From: Hydrolagus affinis | Taxonomy: Eukaryota | Assembly (NCBI GenBank): GCA_012026655.1 | Contig: JAAILG010000125.1 | Span: 62,001 to 126,000 of the forward strand | Reading direction: 5' to 3' | DNA length: 64,000 nt | Part shown: in pieces, positions 48,736 to 62,515 of the stretch | Layout of the letters: every line of letters begins with the position of its first letter | Numbering within the stretch: position 1 is the stretch's first letter | The notes under the pieces: model-generated | Database searches by the model: none | The model's input: only the letters and a program-made list of their open reading frames with translations | What the model was told of the DNA's origin: nothing | Position numbers and translations under genes: made by a program

Positions 48736-51700
48736 TTTAAGCAAATTTCACCCACACCAATTAAGGTATAATATATACAGAAATTCAGAACGAACAAAGT
48801 TTAGCAAAACAGTTTTTAAAAAATTTAAACCGTTTGTAATACAGATCAATATATTATTATGGCTGAGAAAAAAAAATTAACACAATAATTAAACATGTAG
48901 CCTCGGAGTTTAAAGAATTTCTGTGAGTTGTTCCAGTTATGTCTTTGTTAACAAATATGCTGTGCCTGGTATGTGCTTTCCAACTCAGTTTCTGAGAGTG
49001 CATATCAGGATATGTCGTGAAGGCTATCCCTTAATTCATCTTGTCTCAGTTGCCCATTTTTCTGCAGCCAATTAATTTGAGCTGACGCAAAGGCCAATTC
49101 AGTTTAAAGTACACTGTGTAAATGATACCAAGTCCACATAGGTCTGACAGAGTTTCACTTTGTATTCTGTCTGGGTAAGTGGGTTATCCAAAATGAAAGT
49201 AATTTATCTAGCTCACAGATCTCTTATGCTGCTTTTGATACCTGAACACACATAAAGCCCAAGTTGCAAAGTTAACTATTTAGTTTGAAGCTTGCTCATC
49301 ACAAGCCAATGGTTTGTGGCAGACTCTCCTCTTGAGGGGAGAGCAAATCTGTTTATAATACATGTCACTTGGACTTCTAGTAGCCAACAGCAAGTGACCA
49401 TTTCCACTGGCTTCGCTGTGTCTTGTTGTGAACCAATGTCTCATTGTGAAGTGTTCACATTGACATATTGTACCACATGTGTATATTATATATACTGTAT
49501 TAGTGTTCTACCGCTTGTATGTGAAAGATCAATGAGTTGGTAGCACTGTGGCCGATGAGTTAAGCTGTTCTCTCTCTCGCAAATGAATTCATTTTAGCAA
49601 CATGTTATCCATCCAAATATTCTGGTAATTTTGAAGAGCATTAGTCATCTGGGGTTAAAATGGTTTGCAGAGTGCACATTATTTAGTAACAATTCCCATG
49701 TGTGTTGCATTAAGGCTACAATGAGGTGCATGTGTTAAGGATGGATTTTAACACATCAGGAACCTTTTAGTCACCAAACAAGGTAAGATAAATTCTGGTG
49801 TAGATTTGTGCATACTATTAATTATACTGGTTAGATTATTAGCAGAAATTCAAACTAATTTCTAAATTGGTGTTCGCTCGCTAATTGTGCTGCAGACAAT
49901 CTTGGATAAAGGAGGAACCAAGACTGAATGAAAAGGGAATGAGAGCTTTTACAACAGTTCTCAGCCCTTCCTTATCATTGTGCCCAATGCAACATTTGGG
50001 TTTTGTTTTGCCCCAGACTGTGGAATTTCCAACAATGCCCATAGAATAAAGAGCCCTACATACCTCATAGCACCCAAACAAAATCACTGTAACCCCTTCT
50101 CTCTTCAATTTCTCTCTTATAACTGAGATTCTTTTCCTGAATGAGGCTATTTGCATTTTGCTAGAGACCAATATGCCTTTTGTCTTCCTTTTTCGACCTT
50201 TAGTACTTTTTTCTTTAAATTATTTCACATTCACAAATACCTTGACATTCTGAAGTTTTGTTCACCTAGCTGCTCTTAGCTGAAATAGATTCAATTTGAA
50301 TATAGAGCAGATTACTGTTTTCAAGCAAGTTCTCTGAAGATTTTTTTTAAAAAAAGAAATGCATTGGACAGTGAAACAAAACACATTCTCTTAACAATTA
50401 CTTCTATTTTACCATTTTTTCATTTATAAACTTTTAATTTTGTGTGCCGAACAGGCAAGGTTAAAAGTGCGTTTGTATCAATACAATATACAATTGATAT
50501 TTGCCCTCAGCATTTTCCAGCAGTGTGAATTTATGTCACACAAAATATAATATGGGTTAATGTGGTACCACAATAAACTCACTCTGGCATAGATCTGATT
50601 TGATCCAAGATGGCAGTCGACTTTCTTTCCCAATCTCTTTTCAATGCATGCACAACTTACATTTATACAGCAACTTCCCTGTGAAAAAAACTTATGGGAA
50701 GGAATCACAACATAAGAAATGAAATGATTGTGGTTAAATAGGCCAATGCAGCACCAAAGAGCACGAATCTTTGCCTGAGGTTTGGGCATGGGGCCGATAT
50801 GAGACCCAAACTTTGGGAGTATATTTTCTCTGCTGTCACTGAAAGCTCTATCAATCTAATAATTACAGGCAGCATACCTGTCTGTTCCGATCAATGTGCT
50901 AGCTTTCCAAGGCTTTAAAACAAACTTGCATTATGGAGTACAGCATTTGCTATTAAGGACTGTATTGCTTTTCAAAGAGTTGGAAACAGTTTTGTGGCTT
51001 AGTAGCAGGAAAGCAATGAAAGACCACAGAGCCACACTGCCCAAACCACCAAAACTTCAAACTGCAGAAAGCCCAAGATATGTCTAACAGCACTGAACAC
51101 TAAAGTGGGTAATAGAGACAAATAGACGCATGATTTTTTTTTTAGTGGGGGGAAATACTTTATAAGGGAAGAAAAAGAGAAACTCAATTGGTTGTGATCC
51201 CATTAATCGTTCAAGAATTTTGATTAAGTACTCTGAAGCAAGGAAAAAAAGATGCCAGGCAGTCTTAAATAATTTAAGATCATAAGAGTGGTAGGACATG
51301 ATAAATAATTAATAAGTGAGAATCCGAAAAGTCTCTGCTGTGTCTCAGCTTTGAAAATACAGGAAATATATTGGTCACAATGGTTAATATCTACATATCT
51401 CCAACGAAACAACATTAGATCAATATTTTTTTCAATCCCTCATGAAGAAGTAACCACAACTAAGAAACGTCATTACCCATTACCATTTATCAAAGCTTTA
51501 ATAAGAATGGCATGGCTTGATCTTCAAGAGTAAGCTGGTGGTGAACAATAGGTTTGTCCTTTGAGTCCATGTATTATCTTTGACCTAATAGCAGGAAGTA
51601 ATTACATAGCTCAAAGCAAAAAATCACCCGTGGTGTTTTGTTGATGCTTTGTATTGATTAATGCACTCAGTTTTTTGGCTGGAGGAAAAAAAATCTGAGG

Positions 51701-52584
51701 AAATTTAGAATCTTCTAAAATTAACTAATGTTACACTTCTCCATGTAAAATGTGATCGACATAATGGGAGAACTTGAACAAAATATGAGGAGAGATATAT
51801 ACAGTAATTTGTTGCTTTTTTAAGCTCATATAAAGATTGTAACAGCTTGAAATGCAACACCAATAAACTCCCCCCAGATCCCATCTCACTGACCAAGCAC
51901 CAAGGGGCAAACATATGTAAAACAGTATTGAAGAACAAATTATTGAAACAAATTATTGAATCAACTGTGCCTGGCAAAGACCCATCAACAAAATCCTTTA
52001 CAGTATCAGCTATCTGTTCTTTTTCAAAACACGTTATTAACCAACATCATAATAAAGGACCATCATTTTCTAAAACCCGGAAAAGGACTGACTCCATCCA
52101 CCCCCTCCTCGAATTTGATTACATAACATCTGAATATCAACTATATTCTCTGGTAAATGTATTCTCCCAAGGGAGGCAGATGCTGCTTGCCTGCGCCTCC
52201 AAGCTATCGTAAGAAGTTGCATTGCTACTAACATGAGGAAAAGAATCATTTTGCAAGGCCATGCCAGTCCCACATCTGCAAACACACATCCCAAGATACA
52301 GAGATCTGGGTTCACGTTTATTCTTGCTCTGGGGCCCTTAATATTGTGACATCCAATCGAGATGTCCAATTTTCATGCGTATATCAGTCATGAACCTCAA
52401 ACCTCAACCCTCATTCTGATCTCCATTTTCTCCTGGTATCAACTGATTTTTTTTTAAAAATCAGCAGAAGATTCTCTGTATTATCACTCTAGCAGATAGA
52501 ACATATTAAATTTCATTCTTGTCATAAAGCATTGGCAAGTTATTACCAGAAAGCTAATTTTGAATGACAATTTGCAGTTATACA

Positions 52585-52835
52585 ACTTGCTTTTGCTCTA
52601 CAAGGAAGTCTCAAAGTACTCTACAAAGTGACCAGGAGACTGTTGATCTGTATCTGTATATACGAAACTGTGCTCACATTATACCTGAGGAAACTAACAC
52701 CCAGGCTCAGTGGGAGGCAGCCTGAGCTGGGAGAACGGCAGGAGGTGGCCGTAAACTCAGTCAAATAAACAAATTTTCGGACAAGCTTTGAAAGGCAAGA
52801 GGGAGTATTTGACACAGAGGGATTTGGGAAGAGAG
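52585..52835 (-). mobile_element. Decayed L2 3' end
   Basis: The minus strand ctctcttcccaaatccctctg (SLPKSL) precedes tcccttgcctttcaaa-like sequence. A tail remnant gtctcaaagtactctaca is present. Confidence 0.55.
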
Positions 52836-53074
52836 ATTTTTTTTCACACCAAAATCTGTATGTTTACTATTTATTGCTATCTGTTAAAACACAGCCTTTC
52901 TCAGTGTCCTGTTTCACTGACATAACCTGAGTGAAAAATATTACAATATTGACCTATGAGCATTGCCATTGGTTTCCTCAGCTGTGACAAGTGCAGTTTC
53001 ATATCAGATACTAGTCGACAGTCTCCTGGTCCTTCTCCAAAATGTATTCATCTGTAACAGTGCACCTTAAAGAA

Positions 53075-53210
53075 CTGTTCTGACAAAGGGTCATAGAACG
53101 GAAATTTTAACTCATTTTCCCCTCTCCATAAATGCTGCCTGACCTGCTGCATGTTCCCAGCGATTTCTGTGTTTATACTAGATTTGCAGCATCTGTAATA
53201 CTTTGCCTTT
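53075..53210 (+). mobile_element. Second, single-arm, more decayed Penelope-type terminus
   Basis: gttctgacaaagggtcatagaacggaaattttaactcattttcccctctccataaatgctgcctgacctgctgcatgttcccagcgatttctgt...gatttgcagcatctgtaatactttgcc, which aligns to 48216-48347. Confidence 0.75.
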
Positions 53211-56200
53211 TTTTTCCAACTAAGAAAACTTCTGACTTCAACTTTATATAGTAATAAAAAAAATCAATTAACCAGTTAGTGCGTTCATTTAAAACAAGTT
53301 GTGCAACTTTACAGTGAAGCAAAAATCAGGAGCACAATTTGTTTCTCATCAAGATTCTAAAAAAAATCTGTGTAATGTTAGTGGTGTTTTGTGTATGTTT
53401 TCCTTTATCCTTCCTTGAGCTGTTAGCAAGACCCTTTTGGCTGTTCATTAAGGATCAGCTGGTAGCACCTTGAACTGAATGTCCAGTGCATCTCCAGTTG
53501 AGTCTTGTGAATCCAGGCCATGTGTTGTAATGTTGCACATATCACCTAATTTCAATGACTCCTTCACAGTACACAGATCAAAAAGGAAAATCTGTCTAGT
53601 GAAGAACAAATGGTTTGCCAGCTGCACTATTTGAATGGAGAAATAAAACTACCAGGGAGTTTGTGCACTGAAGTGCGACACATTTTATACTGAACATTAT
53701 ATGCTCTAAAGATTGCTAACACAGTCACACTCCTTTATTCTGCTGGCATCAGAAAGTTGAATTAACAACCCAAACGTTTCAGAGCAATTTTACTGTGGCG
53801 GCGATATAAACTCAAAGTAACAATTATTCAAGAAGTATTCAGTTCTTTTATTAGAAGCTTGCGCCCTCAAATTCCCAGTGCTAGCCACAAAGATCCATTT
53901 AAAATTCTTCTCACACAAACACAAAACATGACAGCTGCACTTCTAACAAACTATTTCTTACAGCTCTCAATAACTCTGCGAAAATTAGTTCTGGGCTTTA
54001 CCCTGCACCCACAGATAATTAAGGAATCTAATCCCGTTAATAGTGATATGCACTGCTGTTCTGTTTCAACTTGTTCCAGGTACCATCAAGAATAATCATG
54101 ATCTACTCCATCAACACTGCAGCGCTGAGGGGGAATTGCATGGGAGGATAACCCAGAAAGCAAACCCCCAACAGTAATAATTGTGCACTTGTAAAAAAAA
54201 CACACGATTGGGAAAAATAGTAATTTGCTTCAAGACATACCCTGCAGAGCCACTTGTTAGATTACAGTGAGGAGGAATTGTTTCGAAAACTTTCACTTTC
54301 TCTGTTGTGTTCCTTTAATGGCACTGTCATTCTTGTGAGTCGGTGAGACATTCTCTGTTCCTGTTTCTTTGTTATGCAATTGATGTGCTCTAGTGATAGG
54401 AACAAATAGGGAAAGCGAGATTACAATATTAGTTACTGTAAACATTTCCATTTGAAATAAATGCACTTGTTTAATTATCTTTTCCCTGTACTTTGACATA
54501 TTAATCTGTGGCTCCCATCCATAAATTCGACCGTCTCCATCTTTGTTTTCTTTTAAATATATAACTACATTATCAGTCTGGACAAGAGACTAATTTAGCA
54601 CAGAATTGACTGGTTTAGTGTACAGAACACAGTCTGTAATTCCAAACTTTGTTTTGACAAATCTTTAACTTCCCTTCATTTCGCCAACCACAGTACAGAG
54701 TTCTTATTTTCTTTATGTGCGGAAATGTCTTGGTTAAGCTACTAGCCAGGATTTAAGCCTGACTCATTCACAGAGGCAGAGTTTCAGGCAGCATATTCAG
54801 TTGGGGCATTTATGCATGGGCGGTCACTTGTCAGTAAGTTGTTTCTCCGAGTAAAACTAAATTCACAAAAAGTGCAAGAGCTGCGTAATTAAAATTTTGT
54901 TTGCACTGCAAATTTAATCAGTTTCACAAAGAGCAGCCGATTTCTGCAGTTCACTCCGTCACAGGGAAAGAAAAGGGAAAAATCTCAAACTGAATATCAA
55001 TGCTTGAATCCATGAAGAACAATCTCAAGAGGCAAGTTACATGTATGAAAAATAAATCGCACACAACTTGTAAGGTTTAAGCTACCTTTTCACTCGCAAG
55101 TAAGGTAGGTTTTTCACCTCCAACCTACTGCCTCGCACAGAATTTTGACTGCAGTAGCGTTGGGCTGTTTCCATATTGGTTTGATCCCACAACCTGACCG
55201 AAAATAGAACAACACTTATTCCCGCTGAATCCATCTCCTGAACATGAGTGGGGTTTGCAACTTAGTATGAAGTAAAGCTTTTAACCTGATTAGGATGTTA
55301 AATGTACTGTTTCAGACATGAATTGTTCACAGAAACTGCTCACTTGTTGTCAAAACAGCTCTTCGTGGATGCAGTCTAAAACAATGACAAGATAAAAGCT
55401 GAAGCAAATGAATATGCCTTTCAAGTACTGAATTGCAATGTCATTCAGATACTGCTCCATCCTCTTGCAGAGTCTAGAACAAACACGTATATTAAAGACT
55501 ACCATAGCAATGACCTAACCGCTGATGATTTGCAACCTAAATACACAGCACATTGTTTTCAGTGAAGGCACTATAAACAGAAGTCTTTAAAACAAGAAAT
55601 AATTAAACTATGTTTAATACAACTCAATATTCCACAATGGTGCCAGCTCTCTGAATGCTTATCTAATATTTAAAAGTACTTTTCTACTTCTACTTGTTTT
55701 GTCTATTCTTTTTCCAGATTTTCTGTTCAAGTGAGTAGTTTTATCTAAAAGGTCAATTCATTCAGCATAGTACCAAATAGAATTGAATATAATTATCCCA
55801 ATCTTTACTGTGTAGAATTCATGCTTGGATTCATTCAAAAAATAGGCTGAGGTATAATTAACTCAGAGCTCAACCAAATCTATTGAGTCTGCTTCAGGTA
55901 TCATACAGTTCTACTTACAATGGGACATTTTTATTTTAGAACATTGTACATATTAACCTAAGTCAGCATCCAATTACTCAGAATAAGTGAATTCTCTGTT
56001 TCAGGAATGCAATCGGAAAATGTTGTCATGCAATTTGAAGCAAAAGGCCTTTTTCATTAAGTTAACCCTCATGAAAGAGAAAACCTGTAGCTGATTTTAA
56101 ATACATTACCTTTATGCACAGGTGATGGCAATTCTATTACGGACACATTTCTTTCAGTAAACACACTGCAAGATTTAAATACAAGGGAAGGGATATGAAT

Positions 56201-56538
56201 TTTAAACCTGCCAGACTGTTAGAAAGAAATTTATGAATGTTCCCTCTACAGATATCATTATCAAGACCATCCTTCTTTACAATTAGGTTAAATTTGCTGG
56301 AGTATTGAATTCCAGATCTGTGCAACCTTCTCATACAGACAAAAAAAATGAGACTTTTGTACTTCAGTTCTGATGAAAGTATTCAACGCAGAAAAATTCC
56401 TTTCATAAAATGATGTATTTGGATCATCACTTAAGGCTAATATGGCAACTGGGTGTAATTAAACATGTTTAAGTCATTTAGTGATTAACCCAGATTCAAA
56501 AGAACAATCGTATAGGCTAAGTCAATAATATTTAGATA

Positions 56539-57276
56539 CAGTAGAAGCCCGTTTATCCATGACTCGATGAACCGGCACTTCCATATAACCAGCATGCCCA
56601 AAAAAAGTTCCCATTCAATAAACTGGAATTTATCCGGAACAATAGTGGTGGAGCATTTGTAAATGCATAAATAATAACATAATAGCAGAATATTGTATTG
56701 GTACTTATTGTTAAAACTACTCTCATGTGCTTCTCACATTTGCTGGTAGATGCTGCGCTTGAAGCCATGATGCTGCGGTTGAGATTTATAGTCCAGCGAT
56801 TCTTTTTAAAATGGAGGACGCTAAGCGGGTGAAAAAAACAGAGCACGACTTTAAAGCCATACTAGCGGCAAGCCAATAATGCTAGCTGATAACCCACATT
56901 GTCATGCAGGTGCAGTATTTTGGTTTGCCGTTAGTAGTCTAGACCTATCGGCTTGCCACTAGTAAAGTCGCGCGACTTTAAAATCGCGCTGCTGTTTTTT
57001 TCACCCGTTTGGCGTCCTCCATTTAAAAAAGAATCGCTGGACTGTAAACCTCAATCAGTAAAGGTGAGAAGCGCAAGATAGTTTTAACAATAAAGTACCA
57101 ATACAATATTCTGTTATTATCTGTTATTATTTAGTCTGGTGTGTATGGCGTGTGTTAAAAGAACTTTAATTTTTTTGTAGTGGGTTTTCGGCCGCAGGCC
57201 GCCCGAATATCCGGCAGGCGCTTTAACTGGCATTGGCCAGGTCCCACGGGTGCCGGATAAAAATGGGCTTTTACTG
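56539..57276. mobile_element. Non-autonomous Tigger/pogo-like DNA transposon, 738 bp, with a long internal palindrome
   Basis: TA TSD on both sides (56537-56538 and 57277-57278). TIRs CAGTAGAAGCCCGTTTATCC / CAGTAAAAGCCCATTTTTATCC (revcomp). Internal inverted arms at about 56668-56874 and 56950-57133. Confidence 0.88.
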
Positions 57277-57489
57277 TACATTGCCAGACACGTGATGACA
57301 TCTATGACTTCTCAGCATTTGAAGTTCAAAAAGAATATGATTGTTCAACACAAGGATTGGGTTGAGAAGTACATCTACTGGGAGTCTTTGTTCACATTTT
57401 GGTTGGATGGCAATAGTTGCTTGATGAGAGATGAACGTAAGATAAAAGTTCTATTTTCCTGTTCTCCTGAGGGGAGACTTACAACAATT

Positions 57490-57897
57490 ATGATGATAAT
57501 AATAATAATCTTGGATTTGATATAGCGCCTTATCACATCGGAAGGATGTCTCAAAATGCTTCACGCGTATGACTGTGAAATGAATTAACTGTGTACTAAT
57601 AGGCAAACATGGCAGCACAATTGTGCACAGCAATCAATATTCCACAAACAATTATGACTGACCGAATGAATGACAATTTTTTAGTATTGGGGATTGTTGT
57701 CAAGTCACCAGAAGAAACTCCCTTCTCTCTTTGAATAGTGCCATGGGATCTTTAACATCCACCTGAACATGCAGACAGGACCTCAGGTCTAGGTCTCATA
57801 TGAACAACGGCACCCCCGTTGTGTCCGCTTGCACAAAATGAGTTCAAGTCCAGAAGTGGGATCAGATGAGAGTATTACCACTGAGCCAAGCTGACAC
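57490..57897 (-). mobile_element. Deu-domain SINE, near full length
   Basis: Tail ataatcttggatttgatatagcgcc, core tttgaatagtgccatgggatctttaacatccacctgaacatgcagacaggacctc, and head end accactgagccaagctgacac. Confidence 0.85.
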
Positions 57898-58059
57898 ACA
57901 ATTGACACCAAATAGAGTGAGAGGTTCTAAAGAAGTGAGATTGGGTAGAGTCAGCTCACAAAATATCACTGTACCCAACTAGGCCTCAAAAATAAAATGC
58001 AAATCTAATTTAACTGATATTCAATTCTCTGATTTATTCCAAACATCTATGATTTCAGT

Positions 58060-58352
58060 GTTTATTGTAAGAGGCTAACTCTGCCTCAACTGGACAGGAT
58101 TCCATCGCCCACCTCCTTGTTTCCATACCCCAGACACGAGGCCAAAATTCCCCTCATGGTCAAGATCTCATCACTGTTCTCATAAAATGTAAGTGATTCA
58201 CTTTGCGACTGTTTGTGGAACTTTGCCCTTGCAAATTACCTGCAGTATTTTCCTACAAAATACACATCCACCAGGGCTTTACAGTTGAACCCGTTAAACA
58301 TCTTCTGACATCTTGTGCTGTATCAAATGCAAGAATTATTATTATTATTATA
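58060..58352 (+). mobile_element. Decayed SINE 3' half
   Basis: gattcactttgcgactgtttgtggaac...gctgtatcaaatgcaagaattattattattat. Confidence 0.65.
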
Positions 58353-61300
58353 GATCGTTTAGAGGTTTTATAATAACATGTTTGAATAACATGCCAACTG
58401 GCCTACAACAGATCAAATTAAGGATACTATATACACCATTAATTTTGAAGAATAGCATTGAGAATTTACTGACCTCGATGGGTGGCCTATTTGAATGAAG
58501 GATCTTTTCATTTACCACATTAGGTATCATCTTCCCATTTGTAGGAATCATTTCAGTATTAACACAATGTGTCACTATTGTTTTTTTTCAATCGAAATGC
58601 AGATTCTGGGAACTTCACTTACTTCTAGGAAAAAGGGCAGAGTTCTCATATTCCAGAATTTGACATTTACTTTCAGATATTATTAATTGTCTGTTTGTTT
58701 GCTGTGACAAAGACCAGGAAATGGGTTCAATGTGTTGCCCTTACATTGACATACCAGACTCGATAAACCTTCACTGCATTTTGTGCATGAAAGATTCTTC
58801 CTGTAACAGAAATTCCACTTGAAAGAAAGATACGCTGTTACTTTTGCTGATCTGCAAACAAAAAAATCTTGTACCAATTGAAAACGCTTCTTAAAACACA
58901 AAACAAATTCAATGTCCCGCAACTGCTTAAAACCTAGTAGTCATCAAAGAGACAGCAACAGTCGGAAAATCTTATTCAATGACATTTGAGCAGATTCAAA
59001 ATCAAAGGGAGCTTGCAATAATGTCGTTTGTTGGTGACGTGACATTATTCCATTGCCAACTGCCTCTGCACGCACAACATTTAATTCTAAACATAAAATA
59101 CCGAAGGAAGGTGTGGTAAAAGCATCTGTTCAGTCCACAATTTTACCCCTTGAAGCAACATACCCGATTCTGAGCAGTCATCGGAGTCTGCTCCCAGAAG
59201 TTAACCCGACTTAAAATTCACCAAAGCAACAACAATGCCTCTTTATCCCCTTTACTCAGTATGTTTAATCAAAAAGAGTCTTTGTTACTGTCGGATTGAC
59301 GGCATAATGATGAAGGAAACGGAAAAGCTTTAGCATGTCAATGTTTCGGAACACCTGATCGTAAGTTAAGAGGATAAAAAGTTTTGAGTTCGCTTTAGGA
59401 TGTGAGGAATTTGTTTGGTTTCATTCATATGTTGGGTTAGTTTTTGCTGGAAATAGACAATTAAAAAGTTCACTCATGTCAGACACTGTTTTTGACAACC
59501 ATAGAGAGATGTGCAGGTGCAAAGTAAAAGGCATGTCATGATCATTTTCACCAGTGGCAATTATCATGTCACATTCTTAATTTTTCACCCTTTTCCTTAC
59601 ATTATGAACACTGTAGAAAATGTGCTTGATAGGCTTTCTCAATAAGCAATGGAGCCAAAGCAAATCCACTGTTAAATCAGAAGCTATCTAATGTGGGAGA
59701 CCAGTGTTCAACAAATGCATTAGCCTGTAAGCCCAGCATAAACAGGAACTGTTTGTGGACACATAGACTGCTTGGAAAACTTGATCAATAGGACAGACGT
59801 TTTTTTCCCTTCTTCATTGCAATCTTTCGCCCCCAATTCTCCCACTTAGGCATCCATGTGCCAGGCCACAAGTCAGAGTCCTTGGCCATTCCTTTTCCCT
59901 CTCACTCTTGTAGCAATCAAGAGCTAGGAGACAATATGCAAAGCTGCTTAAACCACTTGAGCTGTGGGTGAAAGTTTGCATTATTTTAGGAAATAATATC
60001 TTGGGATATAGTTTGGGACATGACATGTGCGTGTGATTGCCAGGATGGTGGAAGCAGACTAGATGGACCTATGTTCTGAAGAATCATTCATCTCCAAGAG
60101 AAGACTACAATAACACTGAAGAGCAGTTATCCTTTTACGTCACGTTGGCAAAAATAATCTTGCAAGCAATTTGTTCAACTAAGATCCGCGGTACCTAATA
60201 ATACTCCCTGGGTATTGTCTTTAATAGGTCACTCTTTGTTTGAAATAAATCAGACAAAGAATCATTTGAAAATAACACTGTACTGTTGTATTTTCCAATG
60301 TGGCAGTGATTTTAAAGATTCCTACAGGAAATGGGATGTGGAATTTACAAATCCATTCCTTTTTCTAAACACACATCGGAGGTGTGAAGTGAACAGATGG
60401 CTCTCAGAACACAGTGCTGTGGAGCACAAACTGAGCGGAGGTGTGAACATGTGATAACTGTAACAATTGGATTTATAAGGTGTGAAAATGTATTCCTTGG
60501 TGCATATTAACTATGCATTCAAAGTAACAACGTCCAGGGCATTCAATGGCATTTGAGTTTACAGGGGTTAAATAATTCCTGCTAGCCTCCCCCCAATGGC
60601 TCAGCATGTGTCAAGAGTGAAAATGAACCGTAAAGTCCAAGTTCACTCCCCAGGCTGTTGGGTTGTTTGCAAGCTTCAGCTGGAGGAAAGGGAAAAGTTG
60701 CTACAAATGGTCTCAATGCACCTAGGCAGGGAGGGAGAGGGGAAGAGGAGCAGTGCTGGAGAAGTGTTCTTATGTGGTCGGGATTGGACTCGGCTGTGGT
60801 GCCCTCTGTGGCTGAATGGCTTGTAGACAATCAGTATTTAGACCCTTGGCCATTGGAAATATTTTTTTTATAAGAACTACATTTAATTTCCATTTTCCTA
60901 ATTACCCCTTTTTACTAACAGTTTTGCACTTGATACAACCTTGAATCCAAGATTCCTGGCAGAGTTCACAGACAAAGCTATTGGGCATACGCAGCTAAAC
61001 CCACTCACAGAGGCTCCAAAGTGCGTGCGAGCAATTGGAACCACCACATAACTTTCAGGGCACTATTGGGGAAGAGGAGCCAGGATTACTTTGGACCTCA
61101 AGCATTCATACTGCAAAATGAAGTGCTGCTGAAATCAACTGCCACAATAAAATTTCAGCAGCACAGCAAAGCTCCAGTGGGATTTGCATCTAATCTATCT
61201 GTGTTGATCTACTGGATATATACTATGCTTTAATACCAATTAATGCTGAATGTCTGCATCTCCTCAGAGCTGATCTGAGACTGTCCAATGTTATTATATG

Positions 61301-62279
61301 TTCCTTCAATGGCTAGTTTCCCCATTATAGCTCGCTGGAGAAGAGTCAGTTTAAAGTAGACATGAAATGGGTGAAAGAACCTTGCTGATCCAATGCAACA
61401 TGGAAGCACTCCCCCAAATATAAAATTTAATTTTCCCTAGCAGAGCTATAACTGTAATAATACGGTTCCTAATAAACTTAAAATCCATGTCCTGCTCCTT
61501 AAACCTTGACTACGGGAAAGAACACAAGGCACAGGAGACCTAAGAATTCACCAGTCTCCATTACGACCAGGTTCCTTTTGAAAATCTGATGAATAATTTT
61601 ACATCCATGGAAGTCTGCTACAGCTGTTGACAATTTGAACTACCACTGCATTTCATCATTTCTGTGTATGAAACCAAAATAGTTCTGTAAAGATTAACTC
61701 ATGAGTGTAATCTCAATTCCTCAACAATGTAGCCCATGATATAAATTTACTCAATGCGCTACATTGACTGTCAAGCCTTTCAAAGTACTGTATAGTAAAT
61801 CTACATTGGCTGGCAGTTTAAATGCACCATTTATTACTATTTGCAAAAGACATTCCTCAAAAAAAAAACACTGTTTGGCCAAATCAATGACAGGGAAACA
61901 ATGCACAGACTCAGACGTAATCAAAAATGTAATGGCTGGCAAATTACTATTAGAGTTTGTAAATTGTTTCTTAGTCATAGATTTGGCAGGGGTGTTTATT
62001 TTTCCAACGAAGCCGTTAAAAAATTGGAAAAAATTGCAATAAAGATGATAGTATACGTAGATTTCCACTTATACAAAGTCAAACTTAAAGGTTTAGTTAG
62101 TTGATCACAGTCACTATGATTAGCCCCCAGTGTTTCATACTGGGGAGGAAGGTGGATGCTCAACAATCCACTCCATGTTATGAGTGCAGACTTGTGGGTT
62201 TGGGACCTCAACCTGACACTTCAATCAGTTTATGTTGCATGACAGGAAGCGATGAAGGAAAAGTAAAAGAGGATAGAAT

Positions 62280-62515
62280 ATGAATACCTCGGTTATTACA
62301 CCCCTAAACTCTGGAACTCCCTTCTGCTGACCTTTCCCCCATTCTGCAACCTTTCTCTTGTGGTCTTCAAAACCAGTCTTAAAACCTACGTCTTCAACCC
62401 TGCCTATGGTCACCTCCCTTTCTCTCTTTTGCTCAGCATCCAACCTGATCAGTGTGAACCAAGATGTCATTCTATGTGAAAGGCACTATTTAAATGTAAG
62501 TTGTTGTTTTTGTTG
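62280..62515 (+). mobile_element. L2 3' end
   Basis: Reads TPKLWNSLL...FKTSLKTYVFN, with the tail tatgtgaaaggcactatttaaatgtaagttgttgtttttgttg. Confidence 0.85.

Noticed and set aside
55718-55730. Plus-strand 13-nt microexon (tttccag|ATTTTCTGTTCAA|gtgagt)
   Set aside because: It is not a multiple of 3 and has no other support. Such matches occur by chance in T-rich DNA.
56366-56398. Third hammerhead-like motif agttCTGATGAaagtattcaacgcaGAAAaatt
   Set aside because: There is no stem II pairing, and the downstream sequence does not match the family arm.
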